A stretch of DNA of 64,000 bases from an uncultured virus (IMG/VR IMGVR_UViG_3300030419_006277) (IMGVR_UViG_3300030419_006277:1-64000); one strand, 5' to 3'. Positions 25,057 to 35,716 are shown, numbered from the stretch's first letter. Translations and numbers: made by a program. The notes: a model not told the origin generated them from the letters alone.

Positions 25057-26202
25057 ATGTTTATTGATAACGATTTCCCTAAGCTGCTGGGTGCGGAACT
25101 ATACCGCCCTCATCCAGCTTATATCGTGGAGATGGCCTCTGAGCCGGTCGTCGTCCATGACTTCACAAAACAACCGGGTCAAACTGTTCAGCTAGATCGT
25201 TACCGTTTCTTCGGTAACCCTGGCACGAAGACAAGCCGTGAGCGTACCCAGGATCAAACCATTGGTACAGCAAACAGCAGATCTATCGTTAAGGACAAAG
25301 TACTTGTATCTCTTCGTGAGTATACAGGTCCTGCCGACCCTAATAACTCAAATCTCCCTAGCACCTTCAAAATTGCTCGTGAGACTTTGATGACTGCTCA
25401 GCGTTTACTGCTGGATACTGGGAACCTAAATATGTTCCACCAGTCCATCGGTTCGCTGACTCTGCTCGATGATTATCGCAGATGGCGCGATCGGGTGTTC
25501 TTGGACGAACTGTTCAAATCAGAATCCCGTGGTCAGTCCTCTGACTCACAAGGTGGTTACTACTATCCTAACGGAAAGTCTAAGCCAACTTCAACAACTC
25601 TTACTGCTTATACCGCTACAGAATATGCTTCTGAGCGCTTTAAGTTCAACGTAAAAACTGACCTTCTCGAAGTAGTTAAAGCTCTTCGTAAGCGTCACGT
25701 ACCAGTCTTCGCTGACGGCTACTATCGTTGCATAGCAGATCCTTCACTTATGAAAGATCTACGTGCTGATCAAGGCTTCCGTGAAGTTGCACGTTACCCA
25801 GGTTTAGGACAAGGCAGCCCATTAATGCCTGCTACTGCTCCTAACCAAGCCATCTATGGTGGCGGTCAGTACGGCCAAGCTCAGTTTGTCGCTGGTGAAC
25901 CAGTGATGCCTTCAGGCTTTGTTTTTGAAGGTGTAAGATTCTTCGAATCTACAAACTTCCCAGCTAAAACTATCACGGTCGACATTGGTGATGGTGCCGG
26001 TGCAGTCTCTAAATCCACTCCTCCTGCCCTATTCTTCGGGCCGCAGGCTATTGGTGTTGGTATTGGTGGTCCTAACGCTCAAGTCCTTATTAACAATAAT
26101 GATGACTTCAGCCGCTTCATTATTCTCATTTGGCAGCTATACGCTGGCTTTGCGAACTTGAACAAGGACTTCGTTACTACCGCTTTCACCATTACTGAGT
26201 AA
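25057..26202 (+). CDS. Major capsid protein (HK97 fold inferred)
   Basis: 381 aa; KQPGQTVQLDRY; Y.CIADP...DL; G.VFEGVRFFES; ALFFGPQAIG; position; codon usage typical of high expression. Confidence 0.85.
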   Translation: MFIDNDFPKLLGAELYRPHPAYIVEMASEPVVVHDFTKQPGQTVQLDRYRFFGNPGTKTSRERTQDQTIGTANSRSIVKDKVLVSLREYTGPADPNNSNLPSTFKIARETLMTAQRLLLDTGNLNMFHQSIGSLTLLDDYRRWRDRVFLDELFKSESRGQSSDSQGGYYYPNGKSKPTSTTLTAYTATEYASERFKFNVKTDLLEVVKALRKRHVPVFADGYYRCIADPSLMKDLRADQGFREVARYPGLGQGSPLMPATAPNQAIYGGGQYGQAQFVAGEPVMPSGFVFEGVRFFESTNFPAKTITVDIGDGAGAVSKSTPPALFFGPQAIGVGIGGPNAQVLINNNDDFSRFIILIWQLYAGFANLNKDFVTTAFTITE

Positions 26203-26216
26203 GGAGGTATTTAACA

Positions 26217-27041
26217 ATGGCAGCTTACAAAGAAAACGCTGGGGCCATTCTTAACCCCGGTAACCAGATAAACCGTCTGTCCTCCTACAACACTGAAGGT
26301 GTTTATGGTTGGCCAGGAGTTGAAGCTTTTGAACTTATTGGTTACGCCAAAGTAAGTAATAAGGCAGCTGATAAAGCTAGCTACAAGAGCTTCTCCGTAA
26401 CGATTCCTTCACCTGATCGTAGGGTTGGAGATCGTGTACGCAATGACCGTACTAGCTGTGTCGTTCAGGCTTCTGCCGATCGTCCAGCTTATATTTACGG
26501 TGCTTCTATTGCTATCGCTCAGGATATTCCTTCTGCAGCTCAGGATCGCGCAGGCTTCCCTGCTGACCCTGTAACAGCTGATATTTATGGAACCAACACT
26601 GAAATTATTCAGTTTGGCCCTGATAACGGTGGCTCACCTTATGGTGTTCCTGCAACTCAGCTTAATGGTTTAGCTGCAGCAACTTCATACTTGACAATTG
26701 GTGCTACAACCAAGATTGTTCAAGGTACCCGCGACACTACAGTTGGAAACCTTCCATTCTGGACATCCGTTAGTAGCTCAATTGCTGCTGCTGACGCTGC
26801 TGACTCCATGATGTACAAGGTTGTAGCTGATACAACTTTCAAGATCTATAACACCAACGGCATTACACAAACTGCTGTTAACGGTGACGGACTTTACATC
26901 AGCGATGCTGATGCTGACGCAAGTAGGGCTGCTTACATCCTTACTCGTGTTAACTATCTCCGTCCTGCATTCGGTGTTAACTGGAATGATATCCAGGGAT
27001 TCATTGATTTTGCTTCTCAAGTAGGCGGTAACGACGAATAG
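26217..27041 (+). CDS. Putative capsid decoration / major structural protein
   Basis: Strong RBS AAGGAGG; follows MCP; followed by a terminator. Confidence 0.65.
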   Translation: MAAYKENAGAILNPGNQINRLSSYNTEGVYGWPGVEAFELIGYAKVSNKAADKASYKSFSVTIPSPDRRVGDRVRNDRTSCVVQASADRPAYIYGASIAIAQDIPSAAQDRAGFPADPVTADIYGTNTEIIQFGPDNGGSPYGVPATQLNGLAAATSYLTIGATTKIVQGTRDTTVGNLPFWTSVSSSIAAADAADSMMYKVVADTTFKIYNTNGITQTAVNGDGLYISDADADASRAAYILTRVNYLRPAFGVNWNDIQGFIDFASQVGGNDE

Positions 27042-27073
27042 AACGCTCTATAATTTAAGAATATAGGTGAATT

Positions 27074-27098
27074 AGCGGGTCCTAGTGATCCGCTTTTT
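27074..27098 (+). terminator. Rho-independent terminator of the capsid operon
   Basis: AGCGGGTC-CTAGT-GATCCGCT-TTTT. Confidence 0.8.
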
Positions 27099-27159
27099 CA
27101 TATTTACGGTTAAGATTTGGTAGGGTTATTCTCATAGACGAACTTAATTTGTACTGTTC

Positions 27160-27600
27160 ATGTTGTATCAATACAAGCAAACTGGCGGACTAGTAGAGGT
27201 CATAGCAAAGCATGGTGATGGCATCATGATGTGTATTGATGCTCAAGAAGATGTACTTTATGTAGATGAATCAGAATTAGTTCCTCAATTAGAGGCTACT
27301 AACGAGAAGATAAAAGCTGAAGAACGTTTAAGTGCAGATTTAGCAGCTGATGGGGTTAAACCAGCTAAACCAACAAAACGCGAGACGTTCCCAGTAGATG
27401 TACGAGTGAATATCAATACAGCAAGTGCTCGTCAAATCGCCGATGCTTTACCCGGTGTAGGTTTGAAAACTGCTAGAGATATAAAAGATTTACAAACAGC
27501 TCAGTCTGGTGAAAGATTTGTAAAACTTGAACAACTACGTGGAATAAAGCGTGTTGATTGGGATCAAATTTTTGAGGAGAACTTAGTTCGCGTAGACTAG
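27160..27600 (+). CDS. Helix-hairpin-helix (ComEA/HhH_3-like) DNA-binding protein
   Basis: VNINTASARQIADALPGVGLKTARDI...F..LEQLRGI. Confidence 0.8.
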   Translation: MLYQYKQTGGLVEVIAKHGDGIMMCIDAQEDVLYVDESELVPQLEATNEKIKAEERLSADLAADGVKPAKPTKRETFPVDVRVNINTASARQIADALPGVGLKTARDIKDLQTAQSGERFVKLEQLRGIKRVDWDQIFEENLVRVD

Positions 27601-27628
27601 ATGTTAGGTCAGTTTTGTATTGTAGTTA

Positions 27629-28108
27629 ATGAAGCTTGATACCTATTTAAAATCGAAGATACGTTGGCACCTTGGGTATAATTTAACTTCAGTACCTGCT
27701 GGTGACATTGCACGTCTTGAAGAGGCATTAGATAATGTTCAAGACACTTTCTGGTATGACAAAATTGTCGAACAGATTGGTCGTTGTGATGAAGCAGAGA
27801 AACGAACTGATATGACTGGCACCATTAATAATGGAACAGTTCCTAGAAGTCGAGTTGAAAGTATAGCTGGTGACGTTGACCGTACTGTTGCAACTTCTGA
27901 TTTTAAAGAGACACTGAAAACATGGACAGAGATTTACATGTTTGAATGTGATCGCTTAGCTTTACATTTATATGTTCCAAATTATCGGAATCCTATGCAG
28001 GCTAGGTATCGTTTTGAAAGAGAAGGTGCTGAGTTTATCCAGGCTTTACCAGGGCCAGCAGACATTGCAGTTGGTACGAGATTGATGCTTGCTGAAAGCT
28101 GGCGGTAG
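27629..28108 (+). CDS. Putative head-completion/adaptor protein
   Basis: KIRWHLGY N-terminus, helical, positioned after capsid genes. Confidence 0.55.
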   Translation: MKLDTYLKSKIRWHLGYNLTSVPAGDIARLEEALDNVQDTFWYDKIVEQIGRCDEAEKRTDMTGTINNGTVPRSRVESIAGDVDRTVATSDFKETLKTWTEIYMFECDRLALHLYVPNYRNPMQARYRFEREGAEFIQALPGPADIAVGTRLMLAESWR

Positions 28109-28154
28109 TAGCATTTCCCCCTGTTATTCTAAGTAGTAGACTAGTTTCAATTTC

Positions 28155-28496
28155 ATGGCGATAACATACTTTCAAGACACAATATTCACACAGGACACAA
28201 CCTTAAGTGCGCCAGGTGATGGAACTGCGTTGCAAGTTGCTCAGAATAACTTTTTTGCCACGAAAGATTATACTTTGATTGCGGTAGTTGCTTCTATTGG
28301 TACGAATGTAAAAGTTAGGTTAGATGGAAGTATTGATGGAACAAATTACGCACCTATTATTGCTGAAAAGACTATTAGTGCAGATGGCTCACACGCTTAT
28401 TCTGTTTCAGGTATACCAGTGAAATGGATTAAACCTGTATTTACAAGTGAGAATGGTGGTTCTCCTACTGTTACTTTCCATTTAGCAGCTATTTAA
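28155..28496 (+). CDS. Beta-rich putative structural protein
   Basis: VRLDGSIDGTNY motif. Confidence 0.65.
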   Translation: MAITYFQDTIFTQDTTLSAPGDGTALQVAQNNFFATKDYTLIAVVASIGTNVKVRLDGSIDGTNYAPIIAEKTISADGSHAYSVSGIPVKWIKPVFTSENGGSPTVTFHLAAI

Positions 28497-28497
28497 G

Positions 28498-28773
28498 ATG
28501 TCTGTTAAGCCACGTACTAGGCTTGGTTATCATTTTGGGGTTAATAGAAAATCTACACCAAATGAGAGAAGCGATGGTGTAGGAGGATCTCGAGAATCTA
28601 ATTTTATTGAAGGGCGTAGTCGGCCTAGAATGGCAGGAGAGATTAATATTTTCACTGCGGAACCTGATTATTTAAGACCTCCTATTAAAGGACTTTGGTT
28701 AAAACAACCTTCTCTTAGAACATCTACTATTCTGCGTGGTTCTCCAATACCTGACGAAACTGATTCTTTTTAA
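28498..28773 (+). CDS. Hypothetical protein
   Basis: ORF in operon. Confidence 0.55.
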   Translation: MSVKPRTRLGYHFGVNRKSTPNERSDGVGGSRESNFIEGRSRPRMAGEINIFTAEPDYLRPPIKGLWLKQPSLRTSTILRGSPIPDETDSF

Positions 28774-28778
28774 TTACC

Positions 28779-29144
28779 ATGGGACAAAAGAGAGACGGAA
28801 AATTTCTTGTTAGAGAACCTCAAGGGGGTGGATTCTCTGCAACTACATCTCCGATGGTTGCTGATATTTTTGAAAAGGCACCTCAAGAACAAGCTGTAGG
28901 ACAGGCAACTCCTCAAGTTGGAAGTGATTTGGTTAGGAGTGTCGTTAGTGATAAGTCAGGATTACAGCAAGAGAACGCAGACCCCGAATTAAGAATGGCT
29001 GCTGATATTTTTGATTCTGAGTTAGCGAAGAGCTTGGCATTAGAAAGTAGTAAAACAAAATACGGTCCAGGGCAAATATCTAAATCCCCAGGTGTTGGTT
29101 CTTACCTAGGGGAAGCTTCTTACCCAGCTGGGCCGACAAGCTAA
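28779..29144 (+). CDS. Hypothetical protein
   Basis: ORF in operon. Confidence 0.6.
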   Translation: MGQKRDGKFLVREPQGGGFSATTSPMVADIFEKAPQEQAVGQATPQVGSDLVRSVVSDKSGLQQENADPELRMAADIFDSELAKSLALESSKTKYGPGQISKSPGVGSYLGEASYPAGPTS

Positions 29145-29308
29145 TGACTAAGAAACGTTCAATGCCACCGGAAATATTGGATTATTTTAAGAAGAAGAAT
29201 GGAAAAAACTCAGAGAAAAAAGATGATAATGAGCGCCGTAAAGAGGCAGTTACGAAATCTAGAGTTAGGTTAGAAAAAAAAGGCAAGGAGAAGAAAGAGG
29301 ATCAATAA
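29144..29308 (+). CDS. 54-aa Lys-rich protein (MTKKRSMPPEILDYFKKK...)
   Basis: Manual translation; TAATG coupling. Confidence 0.6.
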   Translation: MTKKRSMPPEILDYFKKKNGKNSEKKDDNERRKEAVTKSRVRLEKKGKEKKEDQ

Positions 29309-29354
29309 AAAATCCTTCAGTTAGAATAACTTTTAAGCCTATCTGTAGATAAAC

Positions 29355-30143
29355 GTGTCAAGCACTAGTTCAAATAAACAACCGTTAATGGTCGATCGTC
29401 CAGCGACGAATTCCACGTTGGTAACTGTGGCATCTGGACAATCCTTTTTAACAAGTCTTACCCCTACGGCTGTTGGTAATGCAACTAAAGTTTTTGACTG
29501 TGACTCAGCTTTAACGGATACTTCAATTAGTGGTGCTTATATAGATGAGATCTGGCTTCGTTATAGCAAAAGAGTTGTTGAATATATGGACGCGAAGGCA
29601 GCGACCACAGGCACTTATTCTGCAAACAGTACGACAGCCACAATAACTATTGCTGGTGGGCACGATTTAGAGGTAGGTCAAGAAGTTTGGCTAAACTTTA
29701 CAAGTTATAGTTCCGGAGCTGTCCCAATTGATGGTAAATTTACTGTTGTAACAATAACTCCAACAATATTTACTGTTACAATTCCATCATTAGGCGGTAC
29801 CATCACAGGAAATGTAAGTGTACAAACTCCTATTGATTTTTGTTTCTACCTTGTTGGTACTGGCACCATTACCAACATTAATCAGTTTTTCCCACTATTT
29901 GTTGCAAGTTTGCCCGCTACAACAACGTATCAAACATGTAGTTTGACGTTAAAAGGAGTTTTACCTTATATCAATCACCCGGTAGCACAGTCTGGTAATA
30001 ATGTTTCTTCATCGAATAGCAATATTCTTCCTAAGCAAAGAGGATTAATGTTGCAGAGAGGACAGGCTTTGTATTGTGCGACTAGTGGAGCCACTGCATT
30101 GACTAATGGTTTCTACTGTAACGTTCAAGGTGGATATTACTAA
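29355..30143 (+). CDS. Putative tail/structural protein with an FCCH-like beta domain
   Basis: TITIAGGHDLEVGQEVWL...FTV module. Confidence 0.65.
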   Translation: MSSTSSNKQPLMVDRPATNSTLVTVASGQSFLTSLTPTAVGNATKVFDCDSALTDTSISGAYIDEIWLRYSKRVVEYMDAKAATTGTYSANSTTATITIAGGHDLEVGQEVWLNFTSYSSGAVPIDGKFTVVTITPTIFTVTIPSLGGTITGNVSVQTPIDFCFYLVGTGTITNINQFFPLFVASLPATTTYQTCSLTLKGVLPYINHPVAQSGNNVSSSNSNILPKQRGLMLQRGQALYCATSGATALTNGFYCNVQGGYY

Positions 30144-30152
30144 ATTAAAGTA

Positions 30153-32468
30153 ATGGCATTTGATGTCGGTGGTTTTAATTCTCCATCGAAGACGAATTTT
30201 AATGCTGATTTTTCAAAAGGTTTTGATGATAGGAATCAATTTAGTAAACCTGATGATTGGAAAGTAGATAATTCAAATCCCTATACTGCTGCAAAAGGTT
30301 ATAGGGTTAAATTTGCGAGTGAAGTTAAGTTTTACAATCAAGATGGTTTATGGCCACGATGGAGGCGTGGTTACGAAATATATACCATGACTCAGAGCAT
30401 TTTAGGGTCAACGGCAAATGAAAGAAGTAAGAGAGGAGATTATCGACTTTATTTTACGTTTCAGCAATATCCAGGTATTTTTATTCCTGCTCGTATATTT
30501 ACTTTTCCTTCAACAAATCAGGAGTTAGGTGAACATATTGTTGGTATGCGGGATACTGATGGTTTTAATTTTTACGATTTTGGTTTGCCTATTTTAGATG
30601 TACGTTATTTAGGGAATGCTGTAACCGCAACGTATAGTCAAAGTGGGACGACAATTGTTGTAACAAAGAATGAACATGGTTTATATCCAGGAGATAATGT
30701 TTATTTAGATTTTTCTAGTGGTAGTGGTGTTGATGCGACATTAAGTATTGTTAGTAAAACACAGAATACTTTTACTCTTACTGCAGCAGCGCCAGCAACA
30801 ACTTCTGGAAACGTTACGTATTACGTTTCTACAGCATTTACCGATCCACGATGGACAGTTAGCCGAGTTAAATTACGTTATTTACCAACTGAAGTTTCTT
30901 TCTTTGCCGGTGAAAGATTAGCGGATCGGATCATTGAAAAAGATCCTGGTATCTCTTCTACTTATTCTCGAACTGCTTCGACAGTTACTGTTACATGCTC
31001 TGCAGCGCATGGACTCTCAAGTGGTAATACAGTGTTCCTAGATGTTAGTACAGGCGATGTTTCTTCTGGTAGATATGTTGTTACTGTCACTGGTGCTAAT
31101 TCATTTACTGTCACTACAATTACCAGTGGAAGTACTTCTGGAAATGTTACTCTTAATCGCTTATTAAGGGGGTATCGTTATGACGATTATGTAGGGTATA
31201 CCGTAACAGGTTCGGATGCTACTACTAATGAATTAATATTTCAGCGAGACGATAGTTATGGTGCAAGTACTACTGATAATGTTGCAAAAACAACCGTACC
31301 AGCTCATCGAGGTTTTGCGATTGGTAGATATTTAACTACAGAACTGAGATGGCAATGTTCTTGTCAAGATTTCTCAAGACGTGATTCCTATGATCTATTT
31401 AGTGAATTAACTCATGAGAGATTTCCTGTTACTAATATCCACAGTACAAAACCTGGTAATGTTTTACAACCTGATGGAACTTTAAGTGACTCAAGGGATA
31501 TTCCAGGTACGTTCAGCGATTTAGGCTATCTCACAATAAATAATTTCTATCAGCTTCCAAGTTATAAAGATACAAAAACCAAATCGTTTCAAAACTTAAT
31601 GTACTATCAATTGAGATGGTGTAAGCATATTTATGCTGCCATGTTCTCTTTAGTCCATGATGAAGGTAATGAGCCTTTAAAGTTATCTGCTAAATATACT
31701 CAGTCAGGTCCAAACATAACAGTTGAATTCGATAATCATGGTTTAGATACTAATACTAAGATTGATCTGACATTTACGAGTGGCGATGCTGTTTCTGGTG
31801 AATACACTATTACTTCAGTCCCTGATGTTAATAGCTTTGTTGTTATTTATCCTTTTAGCAATATTTCTAGTGGTTATTGCACTGTAAGTAACTTAAAGAA
31901 GCACGAGTATGTAGGAGCTTGGTTAAACGAGCCGAATGATGAGCCTATTGGTGCCGGACGAGAGGTTTTTGAACAAAGATTTGCAAAAGAGAAGGCAAAG
32001 TTAAAGGAGTCAATTGAAATATTGAAGCTATTCCAAAGACATACAAAATGGAGTGGAAACAAAGAAGTCACTGGGGATTTCAACTTACCTCAAAATGTTG
32101 CAGACTTTGACCCATCGATGATCGGAATGACTTTGACTGATGGTATAAAACGTGATTCTGAAGGGAATTTAAGTCGAAGTGGTGCAACTACTAATACTAC
32201 AAATCGAATGATTGCTTTAGTTAATAAATTATTTAATAAATCTCCTACTTTGATTGAAGATATAAAATTTGGATTGATTAGTCAGCCTTTAAGTCAATAT
32301 GTTGAATCTTTTGAGTCAGGTTTAGTTAAAGGAGGAGAGTTTTTTAACGGTGATCCTGTAGAAACTGCTTCATCAGTTAGTACTATTGACGGAAGTACTT
32401 ATGCTCCAGATACTGATCAAGATACAGTAGTAGATGCTGGTTTATACAGAAATACAGCTCTTCCTTAG
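30153..32468 (+). CDS. Large structural protein with three FCCH-like (HGL..G..V) modules and a SWIM-type Zn finger
   Basis: HGLYPGDNV, HGLSSGNTV, HGLDTNTKI; WQCSCQDF...WCKHIYAA. Confidence 0.7.
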   Translation: MAFDVGGFNSPSKTNFNADFSKGFDDRNQFSKPDDWKVDNSNPYTAAKGYRVKFASEVKFYNQDGLWPRWRRGYEIYTMTQSILGSTANERSKRGDYRLYFTFQQYPGIFIPARIFTFPSTNQELGEHIVGMRDTDGFNFYDFGLPILDVRYLGNAVTATYSQSGTTIVVTKNEHGLYPGDNVYLDFSSGSGVDATLSIVSKTQNTFTLTAAAPATTSGNVTYYVSTAFTDPRWTVSRVKLRYLPTEVSFFAGERLADRIIEKDPGISSTYSRTASTVTVTCSAAHGLSSGNTVFLDVSTGDVSSGRYVVTVTGANSFTVTTITSGSTSGNVTLNRLLRGYRYDDYVGYTVTGSDATTNELIFQRDDSYGASTTDNVAKTTVPAHRGFAIGRYLTTELRWQCSCQDFSRRDSYDLFSELTHERFPVTNIHSTKPGNVLQPDGTLSDSRDIPGTFSDLGYLTINNFYQLPSYKDTKTKSFQNLMYYQLRWCKHIYAAMFSLVHDEGNEPLKLSAKYTQSGPNITVEFDNHGLDTNTKIDLTFTSGDAVSGEYTITSVPDVNSFVVIYPFSNISSGYCTVSNLKKHEYVGAWLNEPNDEPIGAGREVFEQRFAKEKAKLKESIEILKLFQRHTKWSGNKEVTGDFNLPQNVADFDPSMIGMTLTDGIKRDSEGNLSRSGATTNTTNRMIALVNKLFNKSPTLIEDIKFGLISQPLSQYVESFESGLVKGGEFFNGDPVETASSVSTIDGSTYAPDTDQDTVVDAGLYRNTALP

Positions 32469-32470
32469 TT

Positions 32471-32902
32471 ATGGCAGTACAGATTTTATCTAGGCGTTCG
32501 AGTGTTCTTTATGATCGGCCTTTTCCTATTCGTCTTGGTGTTGGTGAGTTGGCTATTAATAATAATGCCGGGGATCCGGGATTATTTTTTATTGATAATA
32601 CCGCCTCTCCTTCAACAGCTCTAATAAAGGCAGGTCCTACGCATGTTGGTAATACGGCTCCAAATGTTTCTCCAGCTGGTTATACAAGCCCCAGCAAGGG
32701 TGAATCTTGGTTAGACACAGCTAGTACTCATATTCTTAAATTTAATGACGGTACTGCATGGAAAACTGCAAAAGCCGTGGCTTCAGTAGATGCGGGGTTT
32801 CCTGCGAATCCAGTAGATGGGCAATTACATTTCAATACTTCTACAAGTAAATTGAATATGTATCGTCTGTCTACTACATCTTGGGTTGTAATTGGACCTT
32901 AA
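32471..32902 (+). CDS. Tail-fibre-associated protein
   Basis: RP...LGVGELAIN....PGLFF; GESWLDT; P..GQLHFNT. Confidence 0.7.
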   Translation: MAVQILSRRSSVLYDRPFPIRLGVGELAINNNAGDPGLFFIDNTASPSTALIKAGPTHVGNTAPNVSPAGYTSPSKGESWLDTASTHILKFNDGTAWKTAKAVASVDAGFPANPVDGQLHFNTSTSKLNMYRLSTTSWVVIGP

Positions 32903-33144
32903 CGGTGAGTAAGGAGATGATCAAGAATTCGATCCAATTTATTATGGACCGCTTGCATTTCCCGTAAAAAATCTTCTTTTAACACGTAATCACAAACAAC
33001 GCGGTTTTGTAGGTTATCTAGATCACGTTCGATATTTTCGAATCGTTTGTCTAGTTTTTTATTGAAGTTTGAAAGTGCCCGAGATAATCCAGCAAAAGCA
33101 CCGATGCTTCCTGATAAAACGGCAGCAATAAGTTCCGGCGACAC
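32899..33144 (-). CDS. Small membrane/coiled-coil protein (holin-like architecture)
   Basis: N-terminal hydrophobic helix; YVLKEDF...KLDRI C-terminus. Confidence 0.65.
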   Translation of the reverse strand: MSPELIAAVLSGSIGAFAGLSRALSNFNKKLDKRFENIERDLDNLQNRVVCDYVLKEDFLREMQAVHNKLDRILDHLLTHR

Positions 33145-33212
33145 TTTTTTTCTCCTTTCTTATATTCTAAAGGATTTTACAAATTAAAATATAAAATAGT
33201 ACGCAGATTGAC

Positions 33213-33743
33213 ATGGCAACAGGATATGAACCAAATATAGAGGGAGCTATAACGGTTCTCGTAGATCTAATGACTGCAAATGGGTTTACGATGAGTCGTC
33301 AGCCTTATGAGCCGAATTATCGCGGTTTAGTAGATGCACTCATTGATTTAAAAGAAGGTTTTCCAACTTTCTCTCCAATTCGAGTTGGTTTTGACGCTAC
33401 TACTTTTGAGGCCGTCGCTGATAAAGACGCTTTATATATGCGTACTTCTGATGGGAAAGTAGGTAAAGCCACTGCTACAAGTGGTAGTTCAGAAGCTGCA
33501 AATGTTGTCGGTTTTGCTGATTCTGCAAAAGGTGCAGATGAAACAGTAAAAATTGTAGTTGTTGGGATAAAAACAATGAGTGGATTAGACGCAGGTGATT
33601 TATATTACTTATCGCCTACAACTGCAGGTGCAATAACAACAACAGCCCCTAGTGGTTCAGGACAAGCAGTGACTCGTTTAGGAGAAGCAGCTACAGCCAC
33701 TGATTTTAGTATCCAACTTGAACCTCCGATCCTCTTAGTATAA
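33213..33743 (+). CDS. Capsid-cement/spike-base (DUF2190-like) structural protein, paralog 1
   Basis: ALY...DGKVGKA...VGFA...GLDAGD.YYLS...G...R.GEA. Confidence 0.7.
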   Translation: MATGYEPNIEGAITVLVDLMTANGFTMSRQPYEPNYRGLVDALIDLKEGFPTFSPIRVGFDATTFEAVADKDALYMRTSDGKVGKATATSGSSEAANVVGFADSAKGADETVKIVVVGIKTMSGLDAGDLYYLSPTTAGAITTTAPSGSGQAVTRLGEAATATDFSIQLEPPILLV

Positions 33744-34213
33744 TGCCAAATCCCGGAGTTATTGATAATGAACCGTATGCACCTAATTCTGAGGGTCTAA
33801 CAGGCGTACTGATAGATCTAAAAGAAACAATGGCTGATAAACAGACTTATTCTGTTATTGGTTATCAGTGCATAACATTTGAAAATGTTACACAGGGGGA
33901 AGCACTTTATTGTCGAAGTAGTGATGGGAAAGTAGGTAAAGCTATTGCTGATGATACTTTTGATAAAGCTCTTGTTGCTGGGTTTGCTCAAACAACTAAG
34001 TCAACAGGTCAATCAGTAAATGTAATTGTCAGAGGATTAATGGCTACCTCTGGATTAGATGCGGGAGATGACTATTATCTTTCTGCTGCATCAGCGGGTG
34101 CAATAACAAAAACACCTCCATCTGGATCTGGTGAGTATTTAACACGTATTGGTGAGGCTGGTACTTCTACTCAATTAATTATTAAATTAGAGCCACCTAT
34201 TCTTATAAGTTGA
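33743..34213 (+). CDS. Capsid-cement/spike-base structural protein, paralog 2
   Basis: Clear tandem paralog of 33213-33743 (SDGKVGKA, SGLDAGD.YYLS, LEPPIL). Confidence 0.7.
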   Translation: MPNPGVIDNEPYAPNSEGLTGVLIDLKETMADKQTYSVIGYQCITFENVTQGEALYCRSSDGKVGKAIADDTFDKALVAGFAQTTKSTGQSVNVIVRGLMATSGLDAGDDYYLSAASAGAITKTPPSGSGEYLTRIGEAGTSTQLIIKLEPPILIS

Positions 34214-34288
34214 AGATTTAAGTCATCGTAAGATAGAGGTAAGTAGAAACTTTCTATTCATAAGGACTCCAAGGGCTTGGGTTAAAGT

Positions 34289-35716
34289 ATGGCAGTTAGA
34301 GATCCACTAATAATTGTTTCTGGATTATTTCAGGAATTAAATACTTCTTCTGATAAGTTAAATCTTGATGGAAATACGACTGCTGATTTAGCTGAGAATA
34401 CTAATCTTTATTACACCAATGCCAGAGCACGTGGCGCTGTTTCTGCAACTGATTCAGGTGGTTTAGGCAGTTTTACATATACATCTGGAACAGGGGTATT
34501 TGAATATACAGGACCTTCTGATGCAGATGTGCGAGGAAAGGTTAGTGTTGCTTCAGGTGAAGGATTAACTTATAACTCTTCTACTGGAGTATTGGGAACG
34601 AGTGCAATCCCTAATACGCAATTAGCTAATAGTTCTGTAACAATAGGATCAACAGCTGTAGCTCTAGGAGCAACTGTAACAAATTTCACTGGAATTGGAT
34701 CTTTAACTTCTACAGTTAAAGTTTCATCAGATGTTCTAGAAGCAAGTAGTTACGTAAGAGTTGGAACTGACGGAGAAGTAGGCGGTGTTCGTTTAGAAAA
34801 ATTATTTAGTACCACTAAATCTGCAGTAACTTTTGAAGGTGCTACAGCAGATGATTTTGAAACATCTCTAACAGTAACTGATCCGACAGCTGATAGAACT
34901 ATCACACTACCTGATGCAAGTGGAACTGTTGCCTTAACAAGCGATCTTGTTGTTACTGCCAGTAGTACAACTACTTTTTCAAATAAAAGTATTGCTCTAG
35001 GAAGTAATACAGTTACGGGTACGACTGCTCAATTTAATACAGCGTTAACAGATGGAGATTTTGCAACTTTAGCAGGTACTGAAAGTCTTACAAATAAAAG
35101 TCTTACTGCTCCAGTTCTGAATGCTACTTCGGCTACTGTCGCAGGCAAGATTTTATTTAAAGAAGGTACAGATAATGGAACAAATACAGTAACTTTGTTA
35201 GGAGCTGCTTCAACTGCAGATGTAACTATTACTCTCCCAGCGGAAACAGGCACGGTATTAACAAGTGCATCTTCTATTGCAAATGGAAATTTAGCTAATA
35301 GTACTGTAACTATAGGATCTTCAGCTGTTTCTCTAGGTGCGACTTTATCTTCTATTGCTGGTTTAACTTCTTTAACGTCTGCAGCAGTGGTTACAGATGA
35401 TGATGGATTTAGAGTTCGAGATAATACAGATAATACTAAACAATTAGCTTTTGAATGTTCATCAATTGCGACAGGAACTACTAGAACATTAACTATACCG
35501 GATCAAAGTGGAACTATTGCATTAGTTGGCGGTGGTGCAACTGAATTCTTAGATAATGTATTTAGAGTCCAAGACAATGCAGATAATTCAAAAGAATTAG
35601 CTTTTGAATGTTCAGGAATTTCTAGTAGTACTACTCGTACAATGACAGTGCCGAACGAAAATGGAACCATTTCCACTGAAAGTTTTGCAACTGCAATCGC
35701 AGTGGCATTAGGATAG
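34289..35716 (+). CDS. Tail fibre protein
   Basis: TADLAE.TNLYYT.ARAR; LANSSVTIGS repeats; FEGATADDFET; two KQ/ELAFECS repeats; AIAVALG end. Confidence 0.8.
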   Translation: MAVRDPLIIVSGLFQELNTSSDKLNLDGNTTADLAENTNLYYTNARARGAVSATDSGGLGSFTYTSGTGVFEYTGPSDADVRGKVSVASGEGLTYNSSTGVLGTSAIPNTQLANSSVTIGSTAVALGATVTNFTGIGSLTSTVKVSSDVLEASSYVRVGTDGEVGGVRLEKLFSTTKSAVTFEGATADDFETSLTVTDPTADRTITLPDASGTVALTSDLVVTASSTTTFSNKSIALGSNTVTGTTAQFNTALTDGDFATLAGTESLTNKSLTAPVLNATSATVAGKILFKEGTDNGTNTVTLLGAASTADVTITLPAETGTVLTSASSIANGNLANSTVTIGSSAVSLGATLSSIAGLTSLTSAAVVTDDDGFRVRDNTDNTKQLAFECSSIATGTTRTLTIPDQSGTIALVGGGATEFLDNVFRVQDNADNSKELAFECSGISSSTTRTMTVPNENGTISTESFATAIAVALG

